Counted from the whole stretch's first letter, positions 1 through 13,400 are shown. The stretch is DNA of 61,414 nucleotides, filler included, from Nemertoderma westbladi (GCA_032718475.1; 3 parts of 3 records of this genome joined end to end with filler, not necessarily neighbours in it); one strand, 5' to 3'. Notes: generated from the sequence alone by a model not told the origin. Made by a program: numbers and translations.

Positions 1-495
1 CAATTAATTATATATTGTCAATAATTAAAAAACCTATTTGTATTTATTAATAACGCCTGGTGTGGCACAATGTACAGTACAAAATTCCAAGTCATTAAAA
101 AACCTATTTGTTCACTAAATTTTCAAAAGTAGGAGAATATAAAAAACCTAAAAACGGCTACTTTTTTCCATTAGTTATGTGTCCACGTGATACTGTATCA
201 CGTGGACAGTATCTCAAAAGTTGTAAAATCATTTTCGCGCTGACTTCGAGCGTTATATACTAACAAGGTCAAAACCATGGAATTGATATACTATCTAAAC
301 TTACTTTCAGAGAGTTTAGACGTTTGGAGAAAGTGGCGGTGGCGTCCTGTCGTTAGTTATTATGTCGACGAAATGTGAAACATTGTTGAGGTATTATTTA
401 TGTAATGAACGATCATCTGAATCCTGCAAAAACAGTAGCAACAATAGCAACATCTGTATCATAATCAAAAGGGGTGTAAATCTCCCGAAAACTAC

Positions 496-566
496 ACATA
501 CCGGTACTACATACCGGTACTACATACCGGTACTACATACCGGTACTACATACCGGTACTACATAC
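496..566. repeat. 13-bp minisatellite (ACATACCGGTACT) x~5
   Basis: Direct tandem copies visible in the sequence. Confidence 0.9.
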
Positions 567-1137
567 TGTGTAGTAGAAGTTTGGTTTGCTAATTTAACAC
601 CTCAACACCAGAATAACACCAGATATTCAGCGAACACAAAATTAGCTGCAGTCTGCAGATACAACAAATGGTACGGCATTGCTATTGCTGCTACGTAAAC
701 AATAAATAAATAGCAACTATTGCAGTATTTACAGAACATTGTTTGGCATAGAACACTGGCGTTTCGGTGGAACGAATAAGAAGATGGTGATAACCGATCC
801 ATTGATCTAGTTATGACGTGTCGATTCATTTGATTTTTTTTTATTTCCAGGTGATAAGAACGCGACCAAATGAATATCCTTACGAATTACGAATTATCTT
901 CGTAATTAGTTTCCGGTTTCCCTTTCCATTCGGAAAATTCGCTAGAGATCTAATTCTACTGTTTATCCATGTACTGTAGGATATCCTTGGTATCATTGTA
1001 ATCATCCGTAAATGCGCATTCCAATGAGGTAGTTCTACGCCATAAACATATAAGGTATAGAAAATATAAAATAACATAGAAAATATATTCTAGAGTTAAA
1101 ATTGTGTAATTTATTTTAATTTCTTTGAAATTTTTTT

Positions 1138-1236
1138 ATGTAACGTCCGACATGTAACGTCCGACATGTAACGTCCGACATGTAACGTCCGACATGTAAC
1201 GTCCGACATGTAACGTCCGACATGTAACTCCGACAT
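1138..1236. repeat. 14-bp minisatellite (ATGTAACGTCCGAC) x~7
   Basis: Tandem copies visible. Isolated GTAACGTCCGA motifs recur near 1369 and 1559. Confidence 0.9.
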
Positions 1237-1794
1237 CATTCCGCACAACTTTGAATTGAAAATCTCGGGTTTCAAGTATCTGCAGTGTAATTGTGCAAAG
1301 CTTACCAATCTTCGCTATTAATTGCAATCAAAAATAAAATATGTGCAATTTTAAAGTGTCCTATTTTTGTAACGTCCGAGACCTTTTTAAAAGTAAACCA
1401 CGAAAAGTAGGCCTATTTGTGTTATTCTGAAATATTAATAAATTGTCTCATTTATTAAAGGCGATCTGATGTCAAATGTAGGTCTTACAAGTAGGCCTAC
1501 GCTACTTAAGTTACTTTTGTAGTTCTAAAGAAAAAACATTCAAAAATCGATAATTTCCGTAACGTCCGACACTGGAATTAGCCATGGTTACAATATTATA
1601 GGCCTAATTCAAAACAAATTATTATGTCACATTTAGCACTATTAAAAGATGGGGAAAAAACTTAAGATAAAATAACAAAGGCGCTACACTAGTATAATAT
1701 CATACCTGCTACGCATTATACTTCATAATACTGTATAACAAATGAATTGTTCTGGGGTGGAGTGACAGCGAATTAAATATATACAGTATTGTAA

Positions 1795-1985
1795 TAGAAC
1801 AGTATGATAATGCTGTCCATAGCGAAAAATATCAACCACCCTATTGGGTCTCGAACCAGGTACCTAATGTAGGTTTCAAACTTCCGGCTGATGATAAACG
1901 GAATTTGGAACATAGGTACCGGGTTCGAGCCCTGATAGGGTCGGTTGATATTTTTCGCTATGAAGAGCATTATCATTCTGCTCTA
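1795..1985. mobile_element. MITE-like fold-back element with ~70-bp imperfect TIRs
   Basis: TAGAACAGTATGATAATGCT..CATAGCGAAAAATATCAACC..GGTACCTA is the imperfect reverse complement of TAGGTACC..GGTTGATATTTTTCGCTATG..AGCATTATCATTCTGCTCTA. Confidence 0.7.
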
Positions 1986-3054
1986 TATACATTATATAAA
2001 ATACACTCACTTTATATATACTGTAGGCCTACTTCATAATCAGTAACTGCAATTATGCAATCACGGATACCCGTTACAGTATATTGGGGATAAGGCTTAA
2101 TGTTATCAAATTTTTACCACATTAAATAAATTATTACACAGCGTAAATACTCATGTAATTTCCATTTGCGAGCGAATTTGTATTTTTCCTTTTTGGTGTA
2201 GAGTGAACATTTGGACAGTTTTCAAGCACTATAATAGGATAATTAATATAATTCATCGCTTAATATATAATTTATAGCTCAAACATTAGTCAATTCGAAG
2301 TTGGCCAACCTCCGCATCTGCACGAGTGTATATCATTGTTTATTTGAAAGAAACGCAAATAATTCGACCCCAATGAATAGTATAGTAGGCTATGCTGATA
2401 TATTCTAAACAGATGATATACAGTTACTGATGAATATTGTATAATTCGCTTAAAACTGGCCATGGAACGGGAAAATATTTTATAATTCCCATAAAATTGG
2501 AGCAACTTTACTAATTCTACGTATCTCGATCCATTATTTTATAACGCCAGAAATTAGAATTACATTGTAATTTGGTCAGTAACACATGGTGATTTAAAAA
2601 TTGTTCTTACGTTTAATTAATGGAAATATATTTTTTATTGTAGGTATTTGTGAATAACATTCGATGTACATTTTATAATTATTACCAAATGGCGACATCA
2701 AACGAAACCAACAAGAATAAATGCTGCAAAAATAGGAGAGAATACAAACAGTACAGTCGAAACATTGATCCAACATTCAGGATAAAGTTAAAAAAAGAGA
2801 AAGAAAATTAAAGGTTGGTTCATTTTTAACCGTTTTCGTCTTTATCGAAGTCATAAAAACAAAGACTAGAAACTCAACGAATAAACTGTATTGTGAACTT
2901 TTGTATAATTAAAGGGGTTAAGATCTTTTTGTTATTAATACACAGTAACTAAAGAAAGACCAACTAAAGAATAAAGAGGTAATAATAAACCTAAAATAAT
3001 AAACAGGTAATTTTTAATTTTATAGGTCAACCATCAATCATAACGATTATTACA

Positions 3055-5069
3055 ATGACGAAATTCATTATTGCTGTTCTGGCCCTGGTCATGATGTGTT
3101 CCAGTGCCCTATCAGGTGATCTTCCTTACTGAATAAACATACTGTACATTAGATCGAATTATTATGAATTATAAATTCATAAAAGTAAGATGTACTGTAC
3201 TGTACGAGCACTAGAAAGTATGGTGTCAATGTGGAAAAGAAGTGGTAATTGCGCCTAGCGCGTCTGCGGTCGTAAGTATCCGGTGCATTACAGTAAGAAG
3301 ATCTGCACTTTAAAAAAACTTTTACTTATAAATCCTCAGTATTAAATGCTGACTAAGGCCCATATTTTTGTTTATTTATTTAGTACCGTACATACAGTAT
3401 GATCTAGGACCACCATTCTAATTAATTTTATACAGTACGTTCACTAATATTACAATGTTTGTTCATAGGACAAAATACGATATACTGGCCAGCCCGTATC
3501 TAGGCGGGATATACCCACAGCACCCACCCAATATACTGGCCAGCCCGCATCTAGACGGGATATACCCACAGCACCTACCCAATATACTGGCCAGCCCGTA
3601 TCTAGACGGGATATACCCACAGCACCTACCCGATATACTGGTCAGCCCGTATCTAGGCGGGATATACCCACAGCACCTACCCGATATACTGGCCAGCCCG
3701 TATCTAGACGGGATATACCCACAGCACCTACCCGATATACTGGCCAGCCCGTATCTAGACGGGATATACCCACAGCACCTACCCGATATACTGGCCAGCC
3801 CGTATCTAGACGGGATATACCACCCACAGCACCTACCCGATATACTGGCCAGCCCGTATCTAGGCGGGATATACCCACAGCACCTACCCGATATACTGGC
3901 CAGCCCGTATCTAGACGGGATATACCCACAGCACCTACCCGATATACTGGCCAGCCCGTATCTAGGCGGGATATACCCACAGCACCTACCCGATATACTG
4001 GCCAGCCCGTATCTAGGCGGGATATACCCACAGCACCTAACCGATATACTGGCCAGCCCGTATCTAGACGGGATATACCCACAGCACCTACCCGATATAC
4101 TGGCCAGCCCGTATCTAGACGGGATATACCCACAGCACCTACCCGATATACTGGCCAGCCCGTATCTAGGCGGGATATACCCACAGCACCTACCCGATAT
4201 ACTGGCCAGCCCGTATCTAGGCGGGATATACCCACAGCACCTACAAATTTCGACCTATGGATATTGGTGTAGATGCTGGGGGTTATCTGGCATGTGTGTG
4301 TAAACCATCTACTTTAGGCTTTGATTCCTACAGTATATTTCTAAAACTCTATAATAATATATTATTTTATTTGTGTAGAAGATTGCGAGGACTCGAACAC
4401 AAACTGTCCGGGATGGGCCGCCGCAGGGGAATGTGAGTCGAACCCTGGATGGATGTTGGGGAACTGTCAGAAGTCCTGCAGTGGGTGCGCAACACCTGTA
4501 CCTGAGAGTTAGTATTTTGTAACTAAGTTAGTGTAACATTCTGAACAGTATATACTGTAATTGTAACGTACGGACAAACTTTACAACTGATTTGGCAGTT
4601 ACTCTCCAAATATTAATCACAGACTCAGACTCACAGCACAACAACAATTATGCATCCATGATTAGTGCACATGAGGTAAGAGGTAAGGTTGTTATTATAA
4701 TTGATTATATTTAATGAGTTATATATAAATCATTATATACGCCTGTGGTTGGTTTATGTATTTATTTATGTACTCAACTAGTAATAGCAAAGCAAATAAA
4801 ATTTATGTTTACATTTAGAGAGCTAGCATTATTTTTAAGGTGATAATTTTATAAGTGTCTAACATTTTGCTTTTTTTTTCTCTTCAGAACCACCTAAAAG
4901 TGAGTGTCACAACGCATGTACGTCGGTTGAGGCAATGACTGGGTTCTGTAACATCCTGTTCATTGAGCCGCTCAAGATAGCCTGTCTGGTTATAGCTAAA
5001 GGAGTTACCGGCCTTATAGGTGGCCTCGCTTGCAACACCTGGTGTGATGTTACCTACATCCTGTACTAA
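3055..5069 (+). CDS. Spliced secreted protein, 123 aa: signal peptide + ShKT (ShK toxin-like) domain + six-cysteine hydrophobic domain; exons 3055-3115, 4379-4507, 4888-5069
   Basis: Exon 1 encodes MTKFIIAVLALVMMCSSALS and ends G|gtgat. Exon 2 (ttgtgtag|AA..GAG A|gttagt) encodes EDCEDSNTNCPGWAAAGECESNPGWMLGNCQKSCSGCATPVPE, with ShKT spacing C-x6-C-x8-C-x10-C-x3-C-x2-C and the WA..GEC..NP.WM..NC.KSC motif. Exon 3 (pyrimidine tract, tcttcag|AA) encodes KPPKSECHNAC...CNTWCDVTYILY*. Both introns are GT-AG and phase 1, and the joined frame has no stops. An acceptor at 3024-3025 implies a 5' UTR exon upstream. Confidence 0.85.
3479..4243. repeat. 51-bp minisatellite x~15 in the first coding intron of the ShKT gene
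   Basis: Unit GATATACTGGCCAGCCCGTATCTAGRCGGGATATACCCACAGCACCTACCC, with one 3-bp insertion near 3820. Confidence 0.95.
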
Positions 5070-5125
5070 ACAGTACGAAGATGCCATTCTTACTGAATTC
5101 ATGTGTGGTTTCGGTTATAGGCCTC

Positions 5126-5550
5126 CCGTATTTACTCGAATAAGAGAGACACCCTCGAATAAACGCCCCCTCACCATAAAATTAGCATCTTAAACGCCTT
5201 CCCCGAATAAACGCCCCGGCGTTTATTAATATTAATACTATATTAAAATAAGAAATTGGTATTTCAGGTCAGAAGGGTCTTATAAATGACTAAAATCATA
5301 CTTTAGATTCCAATTTGGGTTAGACGGAGGGATCCCAGTTAGGGTACTTTTTTTCTAGGGTTTCGATTGCCGAGTCAAGAAGTAAACCCAGAAATAACAA
5401 ATTGTATGCGTACTGCGTAAGATGGCTATATTTAGGTCCGCGTAGCGAGACCTCTAGTATTCACTCGGTCTTTAACGCCTTCCTCGTAACGCCTCCCCAA
5501 TTGGCCTTTTATCAACTTAAACGGCTAGGCTCTTATACGAGTATATATGG
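5126..5550. mobile_element. Non-autonomous Tc1/mariner (pogo-like) MITE
   Basis: Left TIR CCGTATTTACTCGAATAAGAG matches right CTCTTATACGAGTATATATGG with 3 mismatches. The right end is followed by TA. Subterminal TAAACGCC repeats are present. Confidence 0.7.
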
Positions 5551-5778
5551 TACTTGTTGTTATTTATGGTATCTTTTGGGGTTTTATGTTAGAGTTATAA
5601 TTCTACGAATACTATATAATGATTCATTCTGTAGTAGTCAAATGAATAGAATAATAAAGTTGTGAAAATATAATAATATTGTTATGTATGAGACGTAGAC
5701 TATATTGGGACGACATAATTTAGTTGGCCAGGCCCTAATTATAAATAAAACTTTAACCTTAAGTCAGAGACTCTAATG

Positions 5779-5846
5779 AAGAATTCAAATTTTTAAGAAT
5801 TCAAATTTTTAAGAATTCAAATTTTTAAGAATACAAATTTTTAAGA
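5779..5846. repeat. 16-bp tandem repeat (AAGAATTCAAATTTTT) x4
   Basis: Visible directly. Confidence 0.9.
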
Positions 5847-6639
5847 TTAGAGACTGACAAGAGATCTTAGATTAGATGGGACAAGTTTGAGATAAAATTA
5901 TTAATATAATAAAAAAAAGCCAGCCATGCTAACCAGTTTGCCAATTGCAAGTATTTTTGTGATGGTCATTATTGACGATATAGCGACCATCCTGGCCGGT
6001 ATTCTCCTAGTAAACATCGAGGCTAGCAAAGACCTTTATCAGTGGAACTCTGGTATTTACCACTGGTGATTTACAAAAGCATCAGCCATTACCTAATCAC
6101 GGTTAACAACATTCCAAAACAAATCAGACTAAACCACTGTGTTGATAGTATAATATGCTTTATTATTATATATATAATATAAACCAAATTGAAACAAATA
6201 TTTCGATTAACATTGCAACTCAATACCATCATTTCATTACCATTATACTATATTATACTATTTGTGGATAAAGTCCACTCATATAACAACGGAAACTAAC
6301 ACCTCGCTCCCATACCACCTCAAAATTAAAAACATGCACCTCATACTGAAAGTAAGCAAATACTACGATCTTACATTAAAAAATTATTATTGTAATCTGT
6401 TCTATTTACTCTCGTTTGTTGTTTTGGTTATAACAAAATCAACATATGATGTCATTGTAACCTGCTCATTTCCCTTTACTGTAATTTATTCTCCAAAACG
6501 AGATTTTAATACATCGAAATTGGATTTGCGTAAGTCAACCCCCCCCCCCCTCCCATATCTACCGGAATCATTAACTTGGAAATAAATTCCTTCGACTCTG
6601 GAGAGCTGTAATATACTGAAGCACAAAACCGTGTTGCGA

Positions 6640-9600
6640 AAGGCCGAAATCTCGAGCCTAATGGAGGCAGATAAGGCCGAATCTCTCGTGCCTAATGGTG
6701 GCAGTCTGGCAATTAAGGCCGAATCTCTCGTGCCTGAGACAGATAAGGCCAAATCTCTCGTGCCTAATGTTGGCAGTTAAGGCCGAATCTCTCGTGCCTA
6801 ATGGTGGCAGTCTAATGGTGGCAGTTCAGGCCTAATCTATCGTGCCTAACTAATCGAGGTAGATCAAATCTCTCGTGCCCAATGGTGGCCGTTAAGGCCG
6901 AATCTCTCGTGCCTAATGGTGGCAGTAAGGCCGAATCTCTCGGGCCTAATGGTGGCAGTTAAGGCCTAATCTCTCGTGCATAATGGAGGTAGATCAAATC
7001 TCTCGTGCCTAATAGTGGCAGTTAAAACCGAATCTCTCGTGCCTGAGGCAGATAAGGCCAAATCTCTCGTGCCTAATGGTGGCCGTTAAGGCCGAATCTC
7101 TCGTGCCTAATGGTCGCAGTTAAGGCCTTATCTCTCGTACCTTATGGGGGCAGATAAGGCCGAATCTCTCGTGCATAAAGGTAAAGGTGGTAGTTAAGGC
7201 CGAATCTCACGTGCGTAATGGTGGCAGTTAAGACCAAATCTATCGTGCCTGAGGCAGATGAGGCCGAATATCTCGTGCATAATGATGGCAGTTAAGGCCG
7301 AATCTCACGTGCCTAATGGAGGCAGATAAGGCCGAATCTCGGCTGCCTAATGGTGGCAGATAAGGCCGAATCTATCGTGCCTAATGGTGGCAGTTATGGC
7401 CTAATCTCTCGTGCCTAACGGAGACAGATATGGCCGAATCTATCGTGCCTAATTGTGGCAGTTAAGGCCTAATCTATCGTGCCTAATGGAGGCAGATAAG
7501 TGATAAGGCGGAATCTCTCGTACCTAATGGAGGCAGATAAGGCCGAATCTCTCGTGTCTAATGGTGGCAGTTAAGGCCTAATCTCTCGCGCCTAATAGAG
7601 GCAGATAAGTGATAAGGCCGAATCTCTCGTGCATAATGGTGGCAGTTAAGGCCGAATCTCTCGTGCCCAATGGAGGCAGATAAGGCCGAATCTCGGCTGC
7701 TAATGGTGGCAGATAAGGCCGAATCTCTCGTGCCTAATGGTGGCAGTTTTGGCCTAATCTCTCGTACCTAACGGAGACAGATAAGGCCGAATCTATCGTG
7801 CCTAATTGTGGCAGCTAAGGCCTAATCTCTCGTACGTAATGGAGGCACATTTTAAGTGATAAGGCCGAATCTCTCGTGCCTGAGGCAGTTAAGGACAAAT
7901 TTCTCGCGCATAATGGTGGCAGTTAAGGCTGAATCTCTCGTGCCTAGTGGTGGCAGTTAAGGCCGAATCCCTCGTGCCTAATGGAGGCAATTAAGACCGA
8001 ATCTATCGTGCGTGAGGCAGATGAGGCCGAATCTCTCGTGCATAATGGTGGCAGTTAAGGCCTAATCTCTCGTGCCTAATGGCGGCAGATAAGTGATAAG
8101 GCCGAATCTCTCGTGCATAATGGTAGCAGTTAAGGCCGAATCTCTCGTGCCTAATGGAGGCAGATAAGGCCGAATCTCGGCTGCCTAATGGTGGAAGATA
8201 AGGCCGAATCTCTCGTGCCTAATGGTGGCAGATAAGGCCAAATCTCTCGTGCCTAATGGTGGCAGTTATGGCCTAATCTCTCGTGCCTAACGGAGACAGA
8301 TAAGGCCGAATCTATCGTGCCTAATTGTGGCAGTTAAGGCCTAATCTTTCGTGCCTAATGGAGGCAGATAAGTGATAAGGTGGAATCTCTCGTGCCTAAT
8401 GGTGGCAGTTAAGGCCTAATCTCTCGTGCCTAATGGAGGCAGATAAGTGATAAGACCGAACCTATCGTGCCTAATTGTGGCAGCTAAGGCCGAATCTCTC
8501 GTGCCTACTGGTGGCAGTTAAGGCCGAATCTCTCGTGCCTAATGGAGGCAGATAAGGCCGAATCTCGGCTGCCTAATGGTGGCAGATAAGGCCGAATCTC
8601 TCGTGTCTAATGGTGGCAGTTAAGGCCTAATCTCTCGCGCCTAATAGAGGCAGATAAGTGATAAGGCCGAATCTCTCGTGCATAATGGTGGCAGTTAAGG
8701 CCGAATCTCTCGTGCCCAATGGAGGCAGATAAGGCCGAATCTCGGCTGCTAATGGTGGCAGATAAGGCCGAATCTCTCGTGCCTAATGGTGGCAGTTTTG
8801 GCCTAATCTCTCGTACCTAACGGAGACAGATAAGGCCGAATCTATCGTGCCTAATTGTGGCAGCTAAGGCCTAATCTCTCGTACGTAATGGAGGCACATT
8901 TTAAGTGATAAGGCCGAATCTCTCGTGCCTGAGGCAGTTAAGGACAAATTTCTCGCGCATAATGGTGGCAGTTAAGGCTGAATCTCTCGTGCCTAGTGGT
9001 GGCAGTTAAGGCCGAATCCCTCGTGCCTAATGGAGGCAATTAAGACCGAATCTATCGTGCGTGAGGCAGATGAGGCCGAATCTCTCGTGCATAATGGTGG
9101 CAGTTAAGGCCTAATCTCTCGTGCCTAATGGCGGCAGATAAGTGATAAGGCCGAATCTCTCGTGCATAATGGTAGCAGTTAAGGCCGAATCTCTCGTGCC
9201 TAATGGAGGCAGATAAGGCCGAATCTCGGCTGCCTAATGGTGGAAGATAAGGCCGAATCTCTCGTGCCTAATGGTGGCAGATAAGGCCAAATCTCTCGTG
9301 CCTAATGGTGGCAGTTATGGCCTAATCTCTCGTGCCTAACGGAGACAGATAAGGCCGAATCTATCGTGCCTAATTGTGGCAGTTAAGGCCTAATCTTTCG
9401 TGCCTAATGGAGGCAGATAAGTGATAAGGTGGAATCTCTCGTGCCTAATGGTGGCAGTTAAGGCCTAATCTCTCGTGCCTAATGGAGGCAGATAAGTGAT
9501 AAGACCGAACCTATCGTGCCTAATTGTGGCAGCTAAGGCCGAATCTCTCGTGCCTACTGGTGGCAGTTAAGGCCGAATCTCTCGTGCCTAATGGAGGCAG

Positions 9601-10170
9601 ATAAGGCCGAATCTCGGCTGCCTAATGGTGGCAGATAAGGCCGAATCTCTCGTGCCTAATGGTGGCAGATAAGGCCGAATCTATCGTGCCTAATTGTGGA
9701 AGTTAAGGCCTAATCTATCGTGCCTAATGGAGGCAGATAAGTGATAAGGCCGAATATCTCGTGCCTAATGGTGGCAGTTAAGGTTGAATCTCTCGCGCCT
9801 AGTGGTGGCAGTTAAGGCCAAATCTCTCGTGCGTAATGGAGACAGATAAGGCCTAATCTCTCGTGCCTAATGGAGGCAGATGAGGCAGAATTTATTGTGC
9901 CTAATGGAGGCAGATAAGGCCGAATCTCTCGTGCCTAATGGTGGCAGCTGGCAGTTAAGGTCGAATCTCTCGTTGCCTAATTGTGGCAGTTAAGGCCGAA
10001 TCTCTCGTGCCTAATGGATGCTGATAAGGCCAAATCTCTCGTGCGTAATGTAAGCAGATAAGGTCAAATCTCGCGTGCGTAATGGAGGCAGATAAAGCCG
10101 AGTGGATGTCGAGAGCGATGGTGGAGGATAAGGCCGAAACTTGTGTGCGTTGGTGGCAGATTAGGCAGTC
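6640..10170. repeat. Satellite, ~34-bp monomer (AAGGCCGAATCTCTCGTGCCTAATGGTGGCAGTT), ~100 copies, with a 1049-bp higher-order duplication
   Basis: Monomer visible throughout, degenerate at the edges. Diagnostic variants recur at offset 1049 (GTGTCTA at 7554/8603; CACATTTT at 7846/8895). Confidence 0.95.
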
Positions 10171-10496
10171 TACAAATTTTCCTCATCACGACTGTTAATG
10201 AACCCAGTGAGCTCTGAGAATGATGCGCGTGAATTAGTTCGTGGTCCCCGTTTACGGGAGGATATATAGAGGGCCGTGACGGCTACAATACCGACACCAT
10301 GGACTACAGACAACACCAACAAACAGTACAGTGTCGTGGTTAAACTATTGTATAAGATAAAGGAAACAGTATCGATACATCCTTCTTGGAAGGCAACATC
10401 ATTATCGCAGGTAGATACCGAATCAAGGCAACACGACTTCGGAATAACAGCATATCCTGAAGGGCCTAAAATTATAAATATAAAGCATCAAGTATA

Positions 10497-13400
10497 CTAT
10501 ACAGCATATATTGAAGGAACTACAAAGGTAAATAAATATACAGCATATATTGAAGGAACTACAAAGGTAAATAAATATACAGATTAACTTGAAGGAACTA
10601 CAAAGGTAAATATATATACAGCATATATTGAAGGAACTACAAAGGTTAATAAATATACAGCTTAACTTGAAGGAACTACAAAGGTAAATAAATATACAGT
10701 ATATATTGAAGGAACTACAAAGGTAAATAAATATACAACATATATTGAAGGAACTACAAAGGTAAATAAATATACAGATTAACTTGAAGGAACTACAAAG
10801 GTAAATATATATACAGCATATATTGAAGGAACTACAAAGGTTAATAAATATACAGCATATATTGAAGGAACTACAAAGGTACATATACAGCATATATTGA
10901 AGGAACTACAAAGGTAAATAAATATACAGCATATATTGAAGGATCTACAAAGGTAAATATACAGCATATATTGAAGGAACTACAAAGGTAAATAAATATA
11001 CAGCATATATTGAAGGAACTACAAAGGTACATATACAGCATATATTGAAGGAACTACAAAGGTAAATAAATATACAGCATATATTGAAGGATCTACAAAG
11101 GTAAATATACAGCATATATTGAAGGAACTACAAAGGTAAATAAATATACAGCATATATTGAAGGAACTACAAAGGTAAATAAATATACAGCATATATTGA
11201 AGGAACTACAAAGGTAAATAAATATACAGCATATATTGAAGGAACTACAAAGGTAAATAAATATACAGATTAACTTGAAGGAACTACAAAGGTAAATATA
11301 TATACAGCATATATTGAAGGAACTACAAAGGTTAATAAATATACAGCATATATTGAAGGAACTACAAAGGTAAATATACAGCATATATTGAAGGAACTAC
11401 AAAGGTAAATAAATATACAGCATATATTGAAGGAACTATAAAGGTAAATAAATATACAGCATATATTGAAGGAACTACAAAGGTAAATAAATATACAGCA
11501 TATATTGAAGGAACTACAAAGGTAAATAAATATACAGCATATATTGAAGGAACTACAAAGGTAAATAAATATACAGCATATATTGAAGGAACTACAAAGG
11601 TAAATAAATATACAGCATATATTGAAGGAACTACAAAGGTAAATAAATATACAGATTAACTTGAAGGAACTACAAAGGTAAATATATATACAGCATATAT
11701 TGAAGGAACTACAAAGGTTAATAAATATACAGCATATATTGAAGGAACTACAAAGATAAATAAATATACAGCATATATTGAAGGAACTACAAAGGTACAT
11801 ATACAGCATATATTGAAGGAACTACAAAGGTAAATAAATATACAGCATATATTGAAGGAACTACAAAGGTAAATAAATATACAGCATATATTGAAGGAAC
11901 TACAAAGGTAAATAAATATACAGCATATATTGAAGGAACTACAAAGGTAAATAAATATACAGATTAACTTGAAGGAACTACAAAGGTAAATATATATACA
12001 GCATATATTGAAGGAACTACAAAGGTTAATAAATATACAGCATATATTGAAGGAACTACAAAGGTAAATAAATATACAGCATATATTGAAGGAACTACAA
12101 AGGTACATATACAGCATATATTGAAGGAACTACAAAGGTAAATAAATATACAGCATATATTGAAGGAACTACAAAGGTAAATAAATATACAGATTAACTT
12201 GAAGGAACTACAAAGGTAAATATATATACAGCATATATTGAAGGAACTATAAAGGTAAATAAATATACAGATTAACTTGAAGGAACTACAAAGGTAAATA
12301 TATATACAGCATATATTGAAGGAACTACAAAGGTTAATAAATATACAGCATATATTGAAGGAACTACAAAGGTAAATATATATACAGCATATATTGAAGG
12401 AACTATAAAGGTAAATAAATATACAGATTAACTTGAAGGAACTACAAAGGTAAATAAATATACAGCATATATTGAAGGAACTACAAAGGTTAATAAATAT
12501 ACAGCATATATTGAAGGAACTACAAAGGTAAATAAATATACAGATTAACTTGAAGGAACTACAAAGGTAAATATATATACAGCATATATTGAAGGAACTA
12601 CAAAGGTTAATAAATATACAGCATATATTGAAGGAACTACAAAGGTACATATACAGCATATATTGAAGGAACTACAAAGGTAAATAAATATACAGCATAT
12701 ATTGAAGGAACTACAAAGGTAAATATACAGCATATATTGAAGGAACTACAAAGGTAAATAAATATACAGCTTATCTTGAAGGAACTACAAAGGTAAATAA
12801 ATATACAGCATATATTGAAGGAACTACAAAGGTAAATATATATACAGCATATATTGAAGGAACTACAAAGGTTAATAAATATACAGCATATATTGAAGGA
12901 ACTACAAAGGTACATATACAGCATATATTGAAGGAACTACAAAGGTAAATAAATATACAGCATATATTGAAGGAACTACAAAGGTAAATAAATATACAGC
13001 ATATATTGAAGGAACTACAAAGGTAAATAAATATACAGCATATATTGAAGGAACTACAAAGGTAAATAAATATACAGCATATATTGAAGGAACTATAAAG
13101 GTAAATAAATATACAGCATATATTGAAGGAACTACAAAGGTAAATAAATATACAGCATATATTGAAGGAACTACAAAGGTAAATATACAGCTTATATTGA
13201 AGGAACTACAAAGGTAAATAAATATACAGCTTATCTTGAAGGAACTACAAAGGTAAATATACAGCTTATCTTGAAGGAACTACAAAGGTAAATAAATATA
13301 CAGCATATATTGAAGGAACTATAAAGGTAAATAAATATACAGCATATATTGAAGGAACTACAAAGGTAAATAAATATACAGCATATATTGAAGGAACTAC

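Noticed and set aside
180-208. Perfect hairpin TGTCCACGTGATAC-T-GTATCACGTGGACA, and similar small hairpins at 52681-52720 and 52811-52839
   Set aside because: Real palindromes but isolated. Probably TE subterminal remnants; no function can be supported.
3455-4303. 282-aa ORF (PDILASPYLDGIYPQHL)n and its antisense ORF as a gene
   Set aside because: Open only because the unit is 51 bp. All visible substitutions are non-synonymous in the listed plus frame, and it lies in an intron of the ShKT gene.
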